From an uncultured Acidobacteriota bacterium (GTDB lineage Bacteria; Acidobacteriota; UBA6911): 64,000 nt of DNA. Below the pieces are notes generated by a model. It saw only the letters and a list, made by a program, of their open reading frames with translations. It ran no database searches and had not been told where the DNA came from. Shown here in pieces: positions 1 through 9,513 of the stretch. Location: assembly GCA_963843575.1 (NCBI GenBank), contig CAWJKZ010000012.1, forward strand, positions 192,001-256,000. The letters run 5' to 3'. A program made the position numbers and the translations under genes. Each line of letters opens with the position of its first letter. The stretch's first letter is position 1.

Positions 1-222
1 TCCTTGCCGTCCCGAAGCTCGAACAGATCCTCCACCCTCGCGCCGAAAACGCGCGCCAGCCGCAGCGCCAGCGCAACCGAGGGCTCGTAGCCGCCCCGCT
101 CGATCGCAATGATCGTCTGCCTCGAGACACTCACCCGGTCGGCCAGCTCCTGCTGGCTCATCTCCCCCGCCTCAAACCGGAACCGCCTCACGATTGACCT
201 TCAACATCTCCGCCCTGGCCAT
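1..222 (-). CDS. XRE/Cro-family helix-turn-helix transcriptional regulator (3' end runs off the window; one frameshift near 192)
   Basis: Manual minus-strand translation gives ...VRRFRFEAGEMSQQELADRVSVSRQTIIAIERGGYEPSVALALRLARVFGARVEDLFEL, a classic HTH_3 pattern. ATG is at 222. Not in the ORF track. Confidence 0.85.
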
Positions 223-229
223 GCTCGTC

Positions 230-269
230 ATGTTAACTATTATTTACATAATGTCAAGTTACTTTTACA
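230..269 (-). promoter_or_regulatory. Sigma70-like promoter of the XRE gene overlapping two TGT-N12-ACA operator-like sites
   Basis: Minus strand reads TTGACA (257-252), 16 nt, TAACAT (235-230), then 7 nt to the ATG. Imperfect palindromes TGTTAACTATTATTTACA (231-248) and TGTCAAGTTACTTTTACA (252-269) start 21 bp apart. Confidence 0.6.
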
Positions 270-370
270 GTACGAAAAACGGCTTTTTTGCTTGCGGAGC
301 GCGGGGGTTGGCATTAAGTTCGCGCTGCCGGAATTCGAACTCATCAACCAACGACATGTGGGGTGACACC

Positions 371-1165
371 ATGAAGCGACGGGAGTTTCTCAAGGCATCG
401 ACTCTGGCCGGCACGGCGGCGCTGTCCAGCACGCTGGGGCGCGCAGGCCTGGCGCAGGGCGGTCAGCGGGAGTTCTACGAACTGCGGACGTACGAGATGC
501 AGACGGGCAACAGGAAGGCCGTGCTGAACGACTATCTGTCGAAGGCGGCGATACCGGCGTGGAACCGGCTCGGCGTCAAGCCGGTCGGCGTCTTCAACGT
601 CGTGTCGGGGAGCAACGCGCTGATGCTCTATGTCCTCATCCCTTTCCCCAACCTCGAGACGCTGATCACGGCGCCCGCGCGGATGGCGGCGGATGCCGAG
701 TACCGGGCGGCGGCGGCGGACTATCTGGGGACGTCGATCGACAACCCGGCCTACACGCGTCAGGAGAGCTCGCTGCTCTGGGCGTTCAACAACGTGCCGC
801 GGTTGCGGGTCCCGGCGGAGACGGCCGGCAACAAGCCGCGCCTCTTCGAGCTGCGCATGTACGAGAGCCACAGCGAGGCGGCGGCGCTGAAGAAGATCGA
901 GATGTTCAACGAGGGAGGGGAAATCGCGTTGTTCGACAGCATCGGGTTGCGGTCGGTGTTTTTCGGCCAGACCCTGATCGGCCGGCGTCAGCCCAACCTG
1001 ATGTACATGACCGTCCACCAGGACATGGCGGCGCGCGAGAAGGTCTGGGAGGACTTCCGCAACGCCCCGGGGTGGAAGAAGCTCAGCACGGATCCTGCGT
1101 TCGCGAACACCGTGTCGGCCACGACGGTCGTCTTCCTGCGTCCCGCGCCCTATTCGCAGGTTTGA
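371..1165 (+). CDS. Tat-exported NIPSNAP-family protein (two NIPSNAP-like domains)
   Basis: MKRREFLKAS twin-arginine signal; two ELRxY motifs (FYELRTYE, LFELRMYESHS). Confidence 0.8.
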   Translation: MKRREFLKASTLAGTAALSSTLGRAGLAQGGQREFYELRTYEMQTGNRKAVLNDYLSKAAIPAWNRLGVKPVGVFNVVSGSNALMLYVLIPFPNLETLITAPARMAADAEYRAAAADYLGTSIDNPAYTRQESSLLWAFNNVPRLRVPAETAGNKPRLFELRMYESHSEAAALKKIEMFNEGGEIALFDSIGLRSVFFGQTLIGRRQPNLMYMTVHQDMAAREKVWEDFRNAPGWKKLSTDPAFANTVSATTVVFLRPAPYSQV

Positions 1166-1170
1166 AGGGT

Positions 1171-1280
1171 CAAGTGGGTCCGGGCTTCAGCCCGGACGCT
1201 GTCTGCGGTCGCTATACGGTACGCCCGGCGCTATATAGCCCAGGTCAAAAGACGTCCGGGCTGAAGCCCGGACCCACTTG
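1171..1280. repeat. REPIN-like element, family A, copy 1 (110 bp inverted REP doublet)
   Basis: CAAGTGGGTCCGGGCTTCAGCCCGGACG ... CGTCCGGGCTGAAGCCCGGACCCACTTG; each arm is itself a hairpin. Confidence 0.9.
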
Positions 1281-1317
1281 TCGATTGACGCACTCACCGG
1301 CCCACGGAGGTAACCTG

Positions 1318-2680
1318 ATGCAGTCTTCCCAGGAGCACGCCGTCATCTCGAAAGTGTCGTGGCGGCTGATCCCGTTTCTCTTCCTCTGCTACATCATCGC
1401 CTACATCGACCGCATCAACGTGGGGTTCGCGGGGCTTCAGCTGCAGAAGGCGTTCGGCGTCGACGCGGCCCGCTACTACGAGATCTACGGGCTGGGGCGC
1501 GGGGATGTTCTTCCTCGGCTACTTCATCTTCGAGGTGCCCAGCAACCTCATCCTGCACCGGGTCGGCGCGCGGATCTGGATCGCGCGCATCATGATCGTC
1601 TGGGGGCTGATCTCCTCGGCGATGATGTTTGTGAAGAGCCCCGAGGGGTTCTACGCGATGCGCTTCCTCCTCGGGGTCGCGGAGGCCGGGTTCTTCCCCG
1701 GTGTGATCCTGTACCTGACCTTCTGGTTCCCGGCCAGGGAACGGGCGCGCACGGTCGCCCTGTTCGCCACCGCCGGCACGCTGGCGGGATTCTTCAACTC
1801 CCCGATCTCGGGCAAGCTTCTGCAGCTCGACGGGGTGTTTGGCTGGGCCGGCTGGCAGTGGCTTTTCCTGATCGAAGGCATCCCCGCGGTGCTGGTCGGC
1901 ATCGTCGTGTTCTTCGTGCTCCCCGACCACCCGGGCCAGGCACGGTGGCTGACGGCGTCCGACAAGGAGTGGATCCGCGCCGAGCTGGCGCGCGACGAGG
2001 CCGGCGCCGGTCCGGGCCAGCAGCACCGTCTGCGCGACGTCTTCACCAGCGGCCGGGTCTGGCTCCTGTGCGCGCTCTACTTCCTGCTCAACGTCGCGAC
2101 CTACGGCTTCGAAATGTGGCTCCCCCAGATCATCCGCGGGTCCTCCACCATGGGGAACGTCCGGGTGGGATTCCTGAACGCGATCCCCTATCTGGTCGCC
2201 ACCGTCTGCATGGTGCTCGCGGGCCGGCACTCGGACCGCACCGGGGAGCGCCGCTGGCACGTGGCCGCGGCGGCTTTCGCGGCGGCCGCCGGCTTCACCG
2301 CCAGCACCCTCACCGGCAACCCGATCCTGGGCCTGGCCGCGCTTGCCGTCGCCTTCGCCGGGATTAAAGCGGTGCTGGGCCCGTTCTGGGTCCTCGCCAC
2401 GGAGTTCCTGAGCGGGGCCGCCGCCGCCGGCGGCATCGCCTGGATCAACTCGGTGGGCAACCTCGGCGGCTTTGTCGGCCCCACGGTCGTGGGCCAGATA
2501 AAGAAGGCCACCGACAGCTACACCGGCGCTATGATAACCCTCGCCGGCGCGCTGGTACTCCTCGGCTTCCTGGCCCTCAGGCTGGGCAAGAGGACGACCG
2601 GCCCGCCGCGCGCCGGAGAGGATGAAACAGTGCGTCTCCCGGACCCAAACCCCATCCGCGACAAGGAGAGACTATCGTGA
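1318..2680 (+). CDS. MFS transporter, anion:cation symporter family (tartrate/phthalate-permease-like); frameshift near 1498
   Basis: RLIPFLFLCYIIAYIDRINVG, FEVPSNL, GVAEAGFFPG, WQWLFLIEGIP, NSVGNLGGF; GGAGG RBS before ATG 1318. Confidence 0.85.
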
Positions 2681-3664
2681 CCTACGTGCCGGCGGAAGAC
2701 CGCTATGACCGGATGACATACAAGCGCTGCGGCCGCAGCGGCCTGAAGCTCCCCCTCATCTCCCTCGGCTTGTGGCATAACTGGGGCGGAGTCGAACCGC
2801 TCGAAAACGGCCGGGCGATGCTGCGCCGAGCCTTCGACCTCGGAATCACGCACTTCGATCTCGCCAACAATTACGGCCCGCCGTACGGCTCGGCGGAGGA
2901 GAGTTTCGGCCGGATTTTCCGGAAGGATTTCGCGCCGCTCCGGGACGAGCTCGTCATCTCCACCAAGGCCGGCTGGGACATGTGGCCCGGGCCGTACGGC
3001 GACTGGGGCTCGCGCAAATACCTGATCGCCAGCCTCGACCAGAGCCTCGAACGAATGGGGTTGGACTACGTCGACATCTTCTACCACCACCGGCCCGACC
3101 CGGAGACCCCGCTCGAGGAGACGATGGGAGCGCTCGATTTCGCCGTGCGCAGCGGCCGGGCCCTGTACGCAGGCATCTCGCAATACCCGCCGGAGCGCAC
3201 CCGGGAGGCAGCGCGCATCCTGCGCAACCTCGGCACCCCCTGCCTGATCCACCAGCCGCGCTACCACATGTTCGACCGCTGGATCGAAAACGGGCTGCTC
3301 GACGTGCTCGATCACGAGGGCATCGGCTGCATCGTGTTCTCGCCGCTGGCGCAGGGACTGCTTACCAACAAGTACCTCAAGGGCATTCCCGACGGATTCG
3401 CGCGCGGGCAAGCCATACGGCTACCTCGACGGCGAAGACGTCACCGAGGAGGCACTCTCGCGAATACGCCGGCTGAATGCGCTCGCGGAACGGCGCGGCC
3501 AGTCCCTCGCCCAGATGGCCGTCGCCTGGGTCCTGCGCCACCCGGGGGTGACCTCGGCCCTGATCGGCGCCAGCAGGGTCGGCCAGATCGAAGAGATCGT
3601 GGCGGTCCAGCAATCGGGCTTCACGGCCGAAGAGCTGGCGGAGATCGACAAGGCACTGTCCTGA
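2677..3664 (+). CDS. gpr: Aldo/keto reductase, L-glyceraldehyde 3-phosphate reductase (YghZ/MgrA type); frameshift near 3405
   Basis: RCGRSGLKLPLISLGLWHN, HFDLANNYGPPYGSAE, STKAGWDMWPGPYGDWGSRKYL; the C-terminus (LAQMAVAWVL..SALIGAS) is in the shifted frame and ends at TGA 3664. Confidence 0.85.
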
Positions 3665-3679
3665 GGACTCTTGCCATTG

Positions 3680-3736
3680 AGGGAATTTCACGGATTCACG
3701 GAGTGTAATCCGCGTTTTTCCGCGAAATCCGCGTCC
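3680..3736. repeat. Short (C)GCGGAT/ATCCGCG periodic inverted repeat, core of family B
   Basis: ttcacggattcacgga ... atccgcgtttttccgcgaaatccgcgtcc. Confidence 0.55.
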
Positions 3737-3773
3737 CATTTACTGCTCCACGTTCTGATTCTTCTGGGGGGTT

Positions 3774-5321
3774 ATGGAGATCTCGAGAAGGACCATGCTG
3801 GCGCTGCCGTTTCTGATCCGCGGCGCCGCCGCGGCCGCCGGAGCGCGCCCGAACATCCTGTTCATCATGACCGACGACCACGCCGCCCACGCGATGAGCT
3901 GCTACGGCAGCAAGGTGAACCGGACCCCTAACCTGGACCGGATCGCCCACGAGGGCGTGCGCTTCGACCGGTGCTTCGCGACCAACTCCATCTGCACCCC
4001 GAGCCGGGCCAGCATCCTGACCGGGAAATACAGCCACATGAACGGCGTCCCCGTCTTCAACCGGTTCGACGGCGCCCAGCCGACGGTCCAGAAGATGCTG
4101 CAGCAGGCCGGCTACTACACCGCCATGATCGGCAAATGGCACCTCGGGAGCGACCCGACCGGCTTCGACTACTGGAACATCCTGCCGGGCCAGGGGCGCT
4201 ACATCGATCCGATCCTGTACGACAAGGACGGTTCCCAGGTCTACCCCGGCTACGCCACGGACGTCATCACGGACCTGACCATCGAGGCCCTCAAAAACCG
4301 CCCGATGGACCGGCCGTTCTTCATGATGTCGCACCACAAGGCGCCGCACCGCGAGTGGACGCCCGACGAAAAGCACCGGCGCCTCTTCGCCGGCAGGCAG
4401 ATCCCCGAACCCTCCACCCTCTGGGACGACTATGCCGGCCGGACCGATGCGCTGCACGAGCAGCAGCAGTCCGTGTTCCGCGACCTGACCCGGCGCGACC
4501 TTAAGCTGGTCCCGCCGCCGAACCTCGCCGACAAGGAACGGAACGAGTGGCTGAGCGTCAAGCCGGTGGAGGTCGAGGTCGAAGTGAACGGCGCCAGGAA
4601 GACGCTCACCGGACGCGACCTCGACAGGTGGAAATACGAGCGCTACATGCAGGACTACCTCGCCTGCGTCCAGAGCGTCGACGACAACGTCGGCCGCCTG
4701 CTCGACTGGCTCGACGCCAACGGCCTCGCCCGCGACACCGTCGTGATCTACACGAGCGACCAGGGATTCTTTCTCGGCGACCACGGCCTGTACGACAAGC
4801 GCTTCATGTACGAACCATCTCTCCGGATGCCGTTCCTGGTGCGCTGGCCCGAGGCGATCAAGCCCGGGAGTTCGACCGGAGCCATGGCGATCAACTGCGA
4901 TTTCGCCCCGACTTTCCTCGAACTGGCGGGGGCTGGCGTCCCGGCCGACATGCAGGGGCGCAGCCTGCTGCCGCTGCTCGAGGGGCGTCGCCCCGCCGAT
5001 TGGCGCACCGCGATGTACTACCGCTACTACCACGACCCGGGCGACCACAACACCCGGGCGCACTACGGCATCCGCACCGAAACCCACAAGCTCGTCTATT
5101 TCTGGAAAAAGGACCAGTGGGAGTGCTACGACCTGGTCGCCGACCCGGATGAGATGCACAACATCTACAACGATCCGGGCGCGCAGGCGCTCGTCGCCGG
5201 CCTGAAGCAGAGGCTCTGGCAACTCAAGAAGGAACTCAAGGACGACGACCGCTTCGCCGACACGCAGCCCACCGCGTCGTCCTATGTCGAGCCGCCCCCG
5301 CGCAGGAAGCCCAAGCCGTGA
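3774..5321 (+). CDS. Formylglycine-dependent sulfatase (S1), probably Tat-exported
   Basis: NILFIMTDDH, CTPSRASILTG (CxPxR), GKWHLG, YTSDQGFFLGDHG..DKR; SRRTML signal. Confidence 0.92.
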   Translation: MEISRRTMLALPFLIRGAAAAAGARPNILFIMTDDHAAHAMSCYGSKVNRTPNLDRIAHEGVRFDRCFATNSICTPSRASILTGKYSHMNGVPVFNRFDGAQPTVQKMLQQAGYYTAMIGKWHLGSDPTGFDYWNILPGQGRYIDPILYDKDGSQVYPGYATDVITDLTIEALKNRPMDRPFFMMSHHKAPHREWTPDEKHRRLFAGRQIPEPSTLWDDYAGRTDALHEQQQSVFRDLTRRDLKLVPPPNLADKERNEWLSVKPVEVEVEVNGARKTLTGRDLDRWKYERYMQDYLACVQSVDDNVGRLLDWLDANGLARDTVVIYTSDQGFFLGDHGLYDKRFMYEPSLRMPFLVRWPEAIKPGSSTGAMAINCDFAPTFLELAGAGVPADMQGRSLLPLLEGRRPADWRTAMYYRYYHDPGDHNTRAHYGIRTETHKLVYFWKKDQWECYDLVADPDEMHNIYNDPGAQALVAGLKQRLWQLKKELKDDDRFADTQPTASSYVEPPPRRKPKP

Positions 5322-5357
5322 CTGCAAGCCACAGCCCAAGTGGTCCGGGCGAGGAAA

Positions 5358-5467
5358 CAAGTGGGTCCGGGCTTCAGCCCGGACGTCTTTAAATCCGTTC
5401 CATAGAGTTCCACCTGCCCTGCATAGCGACCGTAAACGGCGTCCGGGCTGATGCCCGGACCCACTCC
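5358..5467. repeat. REPIN-like element, family A, copy 2 (with partial arm at 5337-5350)
   Basis: Same inverted arms; the spacer is homologous to copy 1 in reverse orientation; lies between convergent genes. Confidence 0.88.
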
Positions 5468-5549
5468 AGAGGGCGTCGGCAGCTGCACCGGTACCCCGGC
5501 CGCCGCGACCATCCTCCTCTGGAGTGCGGCGCCTCGGCGCCACACTCTG
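5462..5549. repeat. Family D REP-like palindrome (TGGAGTGCGGCGCCTCGGCGCCACACTC) fused to family A copy 2
   Basis: CACTCCAGAGG (5462-5472) and CCTCTGGAGTG (5516-5526) form an inverted pair; the same motif recurs near 21993-22101. Confidence 0.6.
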
Positions 5550-5553
5550 CAGG

Positions 5554-6579
5554 TCACGCCGCGCACTCGGCGACAAACGCTTCGATGTTCTCGGTCGACA
5601 CGCCCGGCGGCATCCCTCCGGCACACGAGAGAATCAGCCGCGACCCGTCCGGATTGGCCGCCCGCAGCACGCGGATCGCGTCGCGCACCTGCGCGGGGGT
5701 CCCGCGGGCCAGGACGTCGCGCGGCGGGACGGTCCCGAGAATCGTCAGGACGTTGCCCGAGAGCGCGCGCAACTCCGCCAGGGGGGTCTGTACCCCCGGG
5801 TTGAACAGGTTGATCCCGATGCCGGCGTAGTGCGCGACAGAGGCGGCGCAGGGCGCGTCATTGTGAAAGAACTTCACCGCGACGTCGGCCGCGTACAGCT
5901 CGCTCAGGTAGGGCAGCGCGAACTCGACGAAATCCGCCGGGCCGACGAATCCAACGATGTCGTCGAGCATCATGATCCCGTCAATACTCGGGAAAAGCGA
6001 GCGCTGCAGCTCGTGCCAGCGCTTCAGGAAATCGGTAATGACGCGCAGCAGCTTGTGGGCCGCCCCGGGGGCGGTCCTGAGCGCCATCAGGAACTCGGTC
6101 GTCCCCATCAGGAACGACGCGATGTTCAAGGGGCCCCGTGAAACGGAGAAGCGGATGCGGTGGCCGAGGTCCTCGATGCGCGGACGCGCCCACTTCAGCC
6201 TGCGGACTACGAAGGGGAGCAGCCCGTCCGAGGCGGGCTCCGGGACGCGCAACCCGTCGATCTCGTCCGCGCCGCCAAGCACCTTCTCGGCAAACGGGAA
6301 TTCGTCGGGCGGGAAAATGCAGCGCGCGCCGAAGGCGGACGGCTCGGTGCACATGCCGAACTCGGCCCAGAACCCCGGGAGAAACCAAGCCTGCGGGAAG
6401 GCCTCGACCGCGCGGCGGTTGGCCTCAAACCAGATCGTCTCGCTCGCGAGGTAGTCGGCGATTTCGACGCCGTGCCAGCCCGGCAGCCAGGGACAATCGA
6501 TGATAAACCCGCACGGGGGCGGGTGCCGGGTGGCCCCCTCGAGCACCGCGATCAGATTGCGCCACTGCTCGTCCGTCAT
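5554..6579 (-). CDS. Uroporphyrinogen decarboxylase / MtaA-CmuA methyltransferase family protein
   Basis: GPLNIASFLMG, DDIVG, FVEFALPYL, ILGTVPP.DVL..GTPAQV, ILSCAGGMPPG..TENI; URO-D-like barrel of 341 aa. Confidence 0.8.
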   Translation of the reverse strand: MTDEQWRNLIAVLEGATRHPPPCGFIIDCPWLPGWHGVEIADYLASETIWFEANRRAVEAFPQAWFLPGFWAEFGMCTEPSAFGARCIFPPDEFPFAEKVLGGADEIDGLRVPEPASDGLLPFVVRRLKWARPRIEDLGHRIRFSVSRGPLNIASFLMGTTEFLMALRTAPGAAHKLLRVITDFLKRWHELQRSLFPSIDGIMMLDDIVGFVGPADFVEFALPYLSELYAADVAVKFFHNDAPCAASVAHYAGIGINLFNPGVQTPLAELRALSGNVLTILGTVPPRDVLARGTPAQVRDAIRVLRAANPDGSRLILSCAGGMPPGVSTENIEAFVAECAA

Positions 6580-8105
6580 GCGTTCCTGTGCGCGTCGCGT
6601 ACCGACTTACTCAACATGAGATTGCCGAGCACGATGGTTGCGGCCGCCCCTGCGACGGCGCCCCATGCCATGCACTCCAGGAGCATGCCGCCGGTCTGCC
6701 TGGTCACCAGGCCGAAGGACCAGCCGAAGAAGGTGCCCAGGAACAGCCCGACAAAGCCGAAACCGAGAAAGGAACCGGGGGTAAATGGCCGCGGGGTCAG
6801 CAACTCGTCCTCGCTCACCGGCTGGAGCCTCGGCGCCAGCACGTGCATGATCCCAAGGGCGATCAGGTACGCGGGCCCCACAGCGAAGAAGATCGACATG
6901 TAGTTGCCGCCGGTCGTCTCCAGGACATAGCCGGTCGCAACCGCCATGGTCGAACCCCCGATCGCGCCCGCCATGCCGCCCACCCCCACGATCGAGCCCA
7001 CGGCGCGCCTCGGGAACATGTCGCTGGCCGTCGTGAAGATGTTCGCCGACCAGCCCTGGTGCGCCGCCGCCGCTAGCCCGAACAGCCCGACCGCGATCCA
7101 GAGGGTGTCCACGTAAGGCATCAGCATGATCGGCAGAACCGACAGCGCGCAGATGAGCATCGCCGTCTTGCGCGCGCGGTTGACCGTCCAGCCGCGCTTC
7201 ATGAAGCCGGACGAAAGCCATCCTCCGCCGACGCTCCCGATGTCCGCGATGAGGTAGATGGCGATCAGGGGCACTCCGACCGACGACAGGTCGAGGCCAT
7301 GCTTCTGCCTGAGGAAGTTGGGAATCCAGTAGAGATAAAACCACCAGGCCGGGTCGGTCATGTACTTGCCGATGGCGAACGCGGTCGTCTGGCGGTGGGG
7401 CATCAGCTGCACCCAGGGGATTTTCTCGGCCGGCGGATCCGGAGGATCGCTCTGGATATAGGCGAGCTCGCGTTTCGACACCCGGGCGTGCCGCTCCGGC
7501 CTGTTGTAGAGCGGCAGCCAGAACGCCAGCCACAGCAGCCCCAGGGCGCCAGTGAGAATGAAAGCCCACTGCCACCCCATGTGCACCGCGATCCACGGCA
7601 CCACCAGAGGCGCCACGATGGCGCCCACGTTCGTCCCCGCGTTGAACAGACCCGTGGCGAACGCCCGCTCCCTTTTCGGGAACCACTCGGCCACCGTCTT
7701 GATGGCGGCGGGGAAGTTGGCGGACTCGCCCAGCCCGAGCGCCGCCCGGGCCATCCCGAAACCCAGCGGCGTGCGTGCGAGTGCCGTCGCCATTCCGGCG
7801 GCGCTCCACACGATCAGGGCCAGCGCGTAACCGAGTTTCGTCCCGAACCGGTCGATGAGGCTGCCGGAAACCAGCAGGCCGAGCGCGTAGGCAGCGTTGA
7901 AGGCCGCCACGATGTTGCCGTAATCGATCTCGTTCCAGCCGATGATCCCCTGGAGGTCCCGGGCCAGGATTCCGATCACCTGCCGGTCGACGTAGTTGAC
8001 CGTCGTGGCGAAAAATAGAAGTGCGCAGATCACCCAGCGGTAGTAGCCGGTCCGCCTCGCGGCAACTTCGCCAGGGGCGTCCGGAGTCAGTTTGGGCTGC
8101 TCCAC
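6576..8105 (-). CDS. exuT: MFS hexuronate transporter (ExuT-like) with extra C-terminal hydrophobic extension
   Basis: RWVICALLFFATTVNYVDRQV, GLGESANFPAAIKTVAEWFPKRERA.ATG.FNAG, AAHQGWSAN; GTG start after GAGGAGG. Confidence 0.8.
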   Translation of the reverse strand: MEQPKLTPDAPGEVAARRTGYYRWVICALLFFATTVNYVDRQVIGILARDLQGIIGWNEIDYGNIVAAFNAAYALGLLVSGSLIDRFGTKLGYALALIVWSAAGMATALARTPLGFGMARAALGLGESANFPAAIKTVAEWFPKRERAFATGLFNAGTNVGAIVAPLVVPWIAVHMGWQWAFILTGALGLLWLAFWLPLYNRPERHARVSKRELAYIQSDPPDPPAEKIPWVQLMPHRQTTAFAIGKYMTDPAWWFYLYWIPNFLRQKHGLDLSSVGVPLIAIYLIADIGSVGGGWLSSGFMKRGWTVNRARKTAMLICALSVLPIMLMPYVDTLWIAVGLFGLAAAAHQGWSANIFTTASDMFPRRAVGSIVGVGGMAGAIGGSTMAVATGYVLETTGGNYMSIFFAVGPAYLIALGIMHVLAPRLQPVSEDELLTPRPFTPGSFLGFGFVGLFLGTFFGWSFGLVTRQTGGMLLECMAWGAVAGAAATIVLGNLMLSKSVRDAHRNA

Positions 8106-8224
8106 GGGACCTCCTCGCATAAAATGGGGCCCCAGAATACAGAAGAAAGAAGCCGGAAGCCAGAACGACCGAAGCCCGGAGGCGTGACATGCACGACTCC
8201 TGAGCACCCGACCTGAACGCAAGA

Positions 8225-8326
8225 CAAGTGGGTCCGGGCTTCAGCCCTGACGGGTCGCTATATCGTGCGCCCGTTGCCCCATAGATCAGATCAAAAGACG
8301 TCCGGGCTGAAGCCCGGACCCACTTT
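8225..8326. repeat. REPIN-like element, family A, copy 3
   Basis: Same arms, spacer with a short internal deletion; lies between divergent genes. Confidence 0.88.
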
Positions 8327-8368
8327 CCGTTTTTTCTGCTAGACTCGGATCAATCGAGGAGCGCGGCA

Positions 8369-9295
8369 ATGACAAGAGCGATGCTGGGCACTGTTCTGGG
8401 GGCGATCTTCTGCGTCACGGTTCAGGCGTGGGCTGCCGGGCCGATCCGGGTGATGCTGCTCGACGGGGAGCAGGGCGGGACGTACCACGCCTGGCAGCAG
8501 ACCTCGCCCTACCTGAAGAGGATGTTGGACGAAACGGGATTGTTCCAGGTCGACGTGGTGACCGCGCCGCCGGCCGGCAGCGATTTCAGCGCGTTCAAGC
8601 CGGAGTTCGGCCGGTACGCGGTGGTCGTTTCCAACTACGACGTGCCGGACGAGCGGTGGCCCGACGAGCTGAAGGCTTCCTTCGAGAAGTACATCGCGGA
8701 CGGCGGCGGGCTGGTCTCGGTTCATGCCTCCGATAACGCTTTCCCGAAATGGCGGGCGTACAACCTGATGATCGGGATCGGCGGCTGGCGCGGGCGCAAC
8801 GAGCAGGCGGGCCCCTTCTGGTACTACAAGGACGGGAAGCTGGTCTCGGACGCCTCGCCGGGAAACGCCGGGAGCCACGGTGCACGCCGCCCCTTCAAGA
8901 TCGTCAACCGCGTGCCGGACCACCCGGTCACCCGGGGCCTCCCGCGCGAGTGGATGCACGTCCCGGACGAACTGTACGCGAAACTGCGCGGTCCGGGCGA
9001 AAACATGACCGTGCTGTCCACCGCCTACTCGGACCCCGGCAACAGCGGCACGAGCCGGGACGAACCGATCCTGATGACGCTCAACTACGGCAAGGGGCGC
9101 ATCTTCCACACAACCCTCGGGCACGACATCGCCGCACTGAACTGCGTCGGCTTCATCGCCACGTATCAACGCGGCACGGAGTGGGCCGCCACGGGCAAGG
9201 TGACCCAGAAGGTACCGCCCGATTTCCCGACCGCGGACAAGGCCGTCACGCGCCCCGCCTACGACCCGCCCGCGGGCTGGGTCTCGCCGCGCTGA
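8369..9295 (+). CDS. Secreted ThuA-like (class I glutamine amidotransferase fold) protein
   Basis: Signal peptide; GGGLVSVHASDNAF, HPVTRGLP..W.HVPDELY, YGKGRIFHTTLGHD. Confidence 0.8.
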   Translation: MTRAMLGTVLGAIFCVTVQAWAAGPIRVMLLDGEQGGTYHAWQQTSPYLKRMLDETGLFQVDVVTAPPAGSDFSAFKPEFGRYAVVVSNYDVPDERWPDELKASFEKYIADGGGLVSVHASDNAFPKWRAYNLMIGIGGWRGRNEQAGPFWYYKDGKLVSDASPGNAGSHGARRPFKIVNRVPDHPVTRGLPREWMHVPDELYAKLRGPGENMTVLSTAYSDPGNSGTSRDEPILMTLNYGKGRIFHTTLGHDIAALNCVGFIATYQRGTEWAATGKVTQKVPPDFPTADKAVTRPAYDPPAGWVSPR

Positions 9296-9433
9296 CGTCG
9301 TTATTCGAGTGTGGGCCGCGTCGGCCCGACGCGGCCCCGGCAGGTCTGCCCGCCGGCGGCCCTCGCCTGTATTCATCGCTTCACCCCACCCCCCCCCCGC
9401 CCACCATGCCTGCGGAAAAATTCGTTGTGTAAT

Positions 9434-9461
9434 TTGAAAATAGGTTTATAACAGGTATAAG
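9434..9461 (+). promoter_or_regulatory. Putative sigma70 promoter
   Basis: TTGAAA-16-TATAAG in an AT-rich patch about 50 bp upstream of the ATG at 9514. Confidence 0.45.
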
Positions 9462-9513
9462 GTTTCCTATTTTATTCCGTCAGGTGCATGCCGCCACGAA
9501 ACTGGAGAAGGCA

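Noticed and set aside
9385-9402. Poly-C tract upstream of the promoter at 9434 as a phase-variation switch
   Set aside because: It lies upstream of the -35 box, not in the spacer or CDS, and homopolymer length is unreliable in this assembly.
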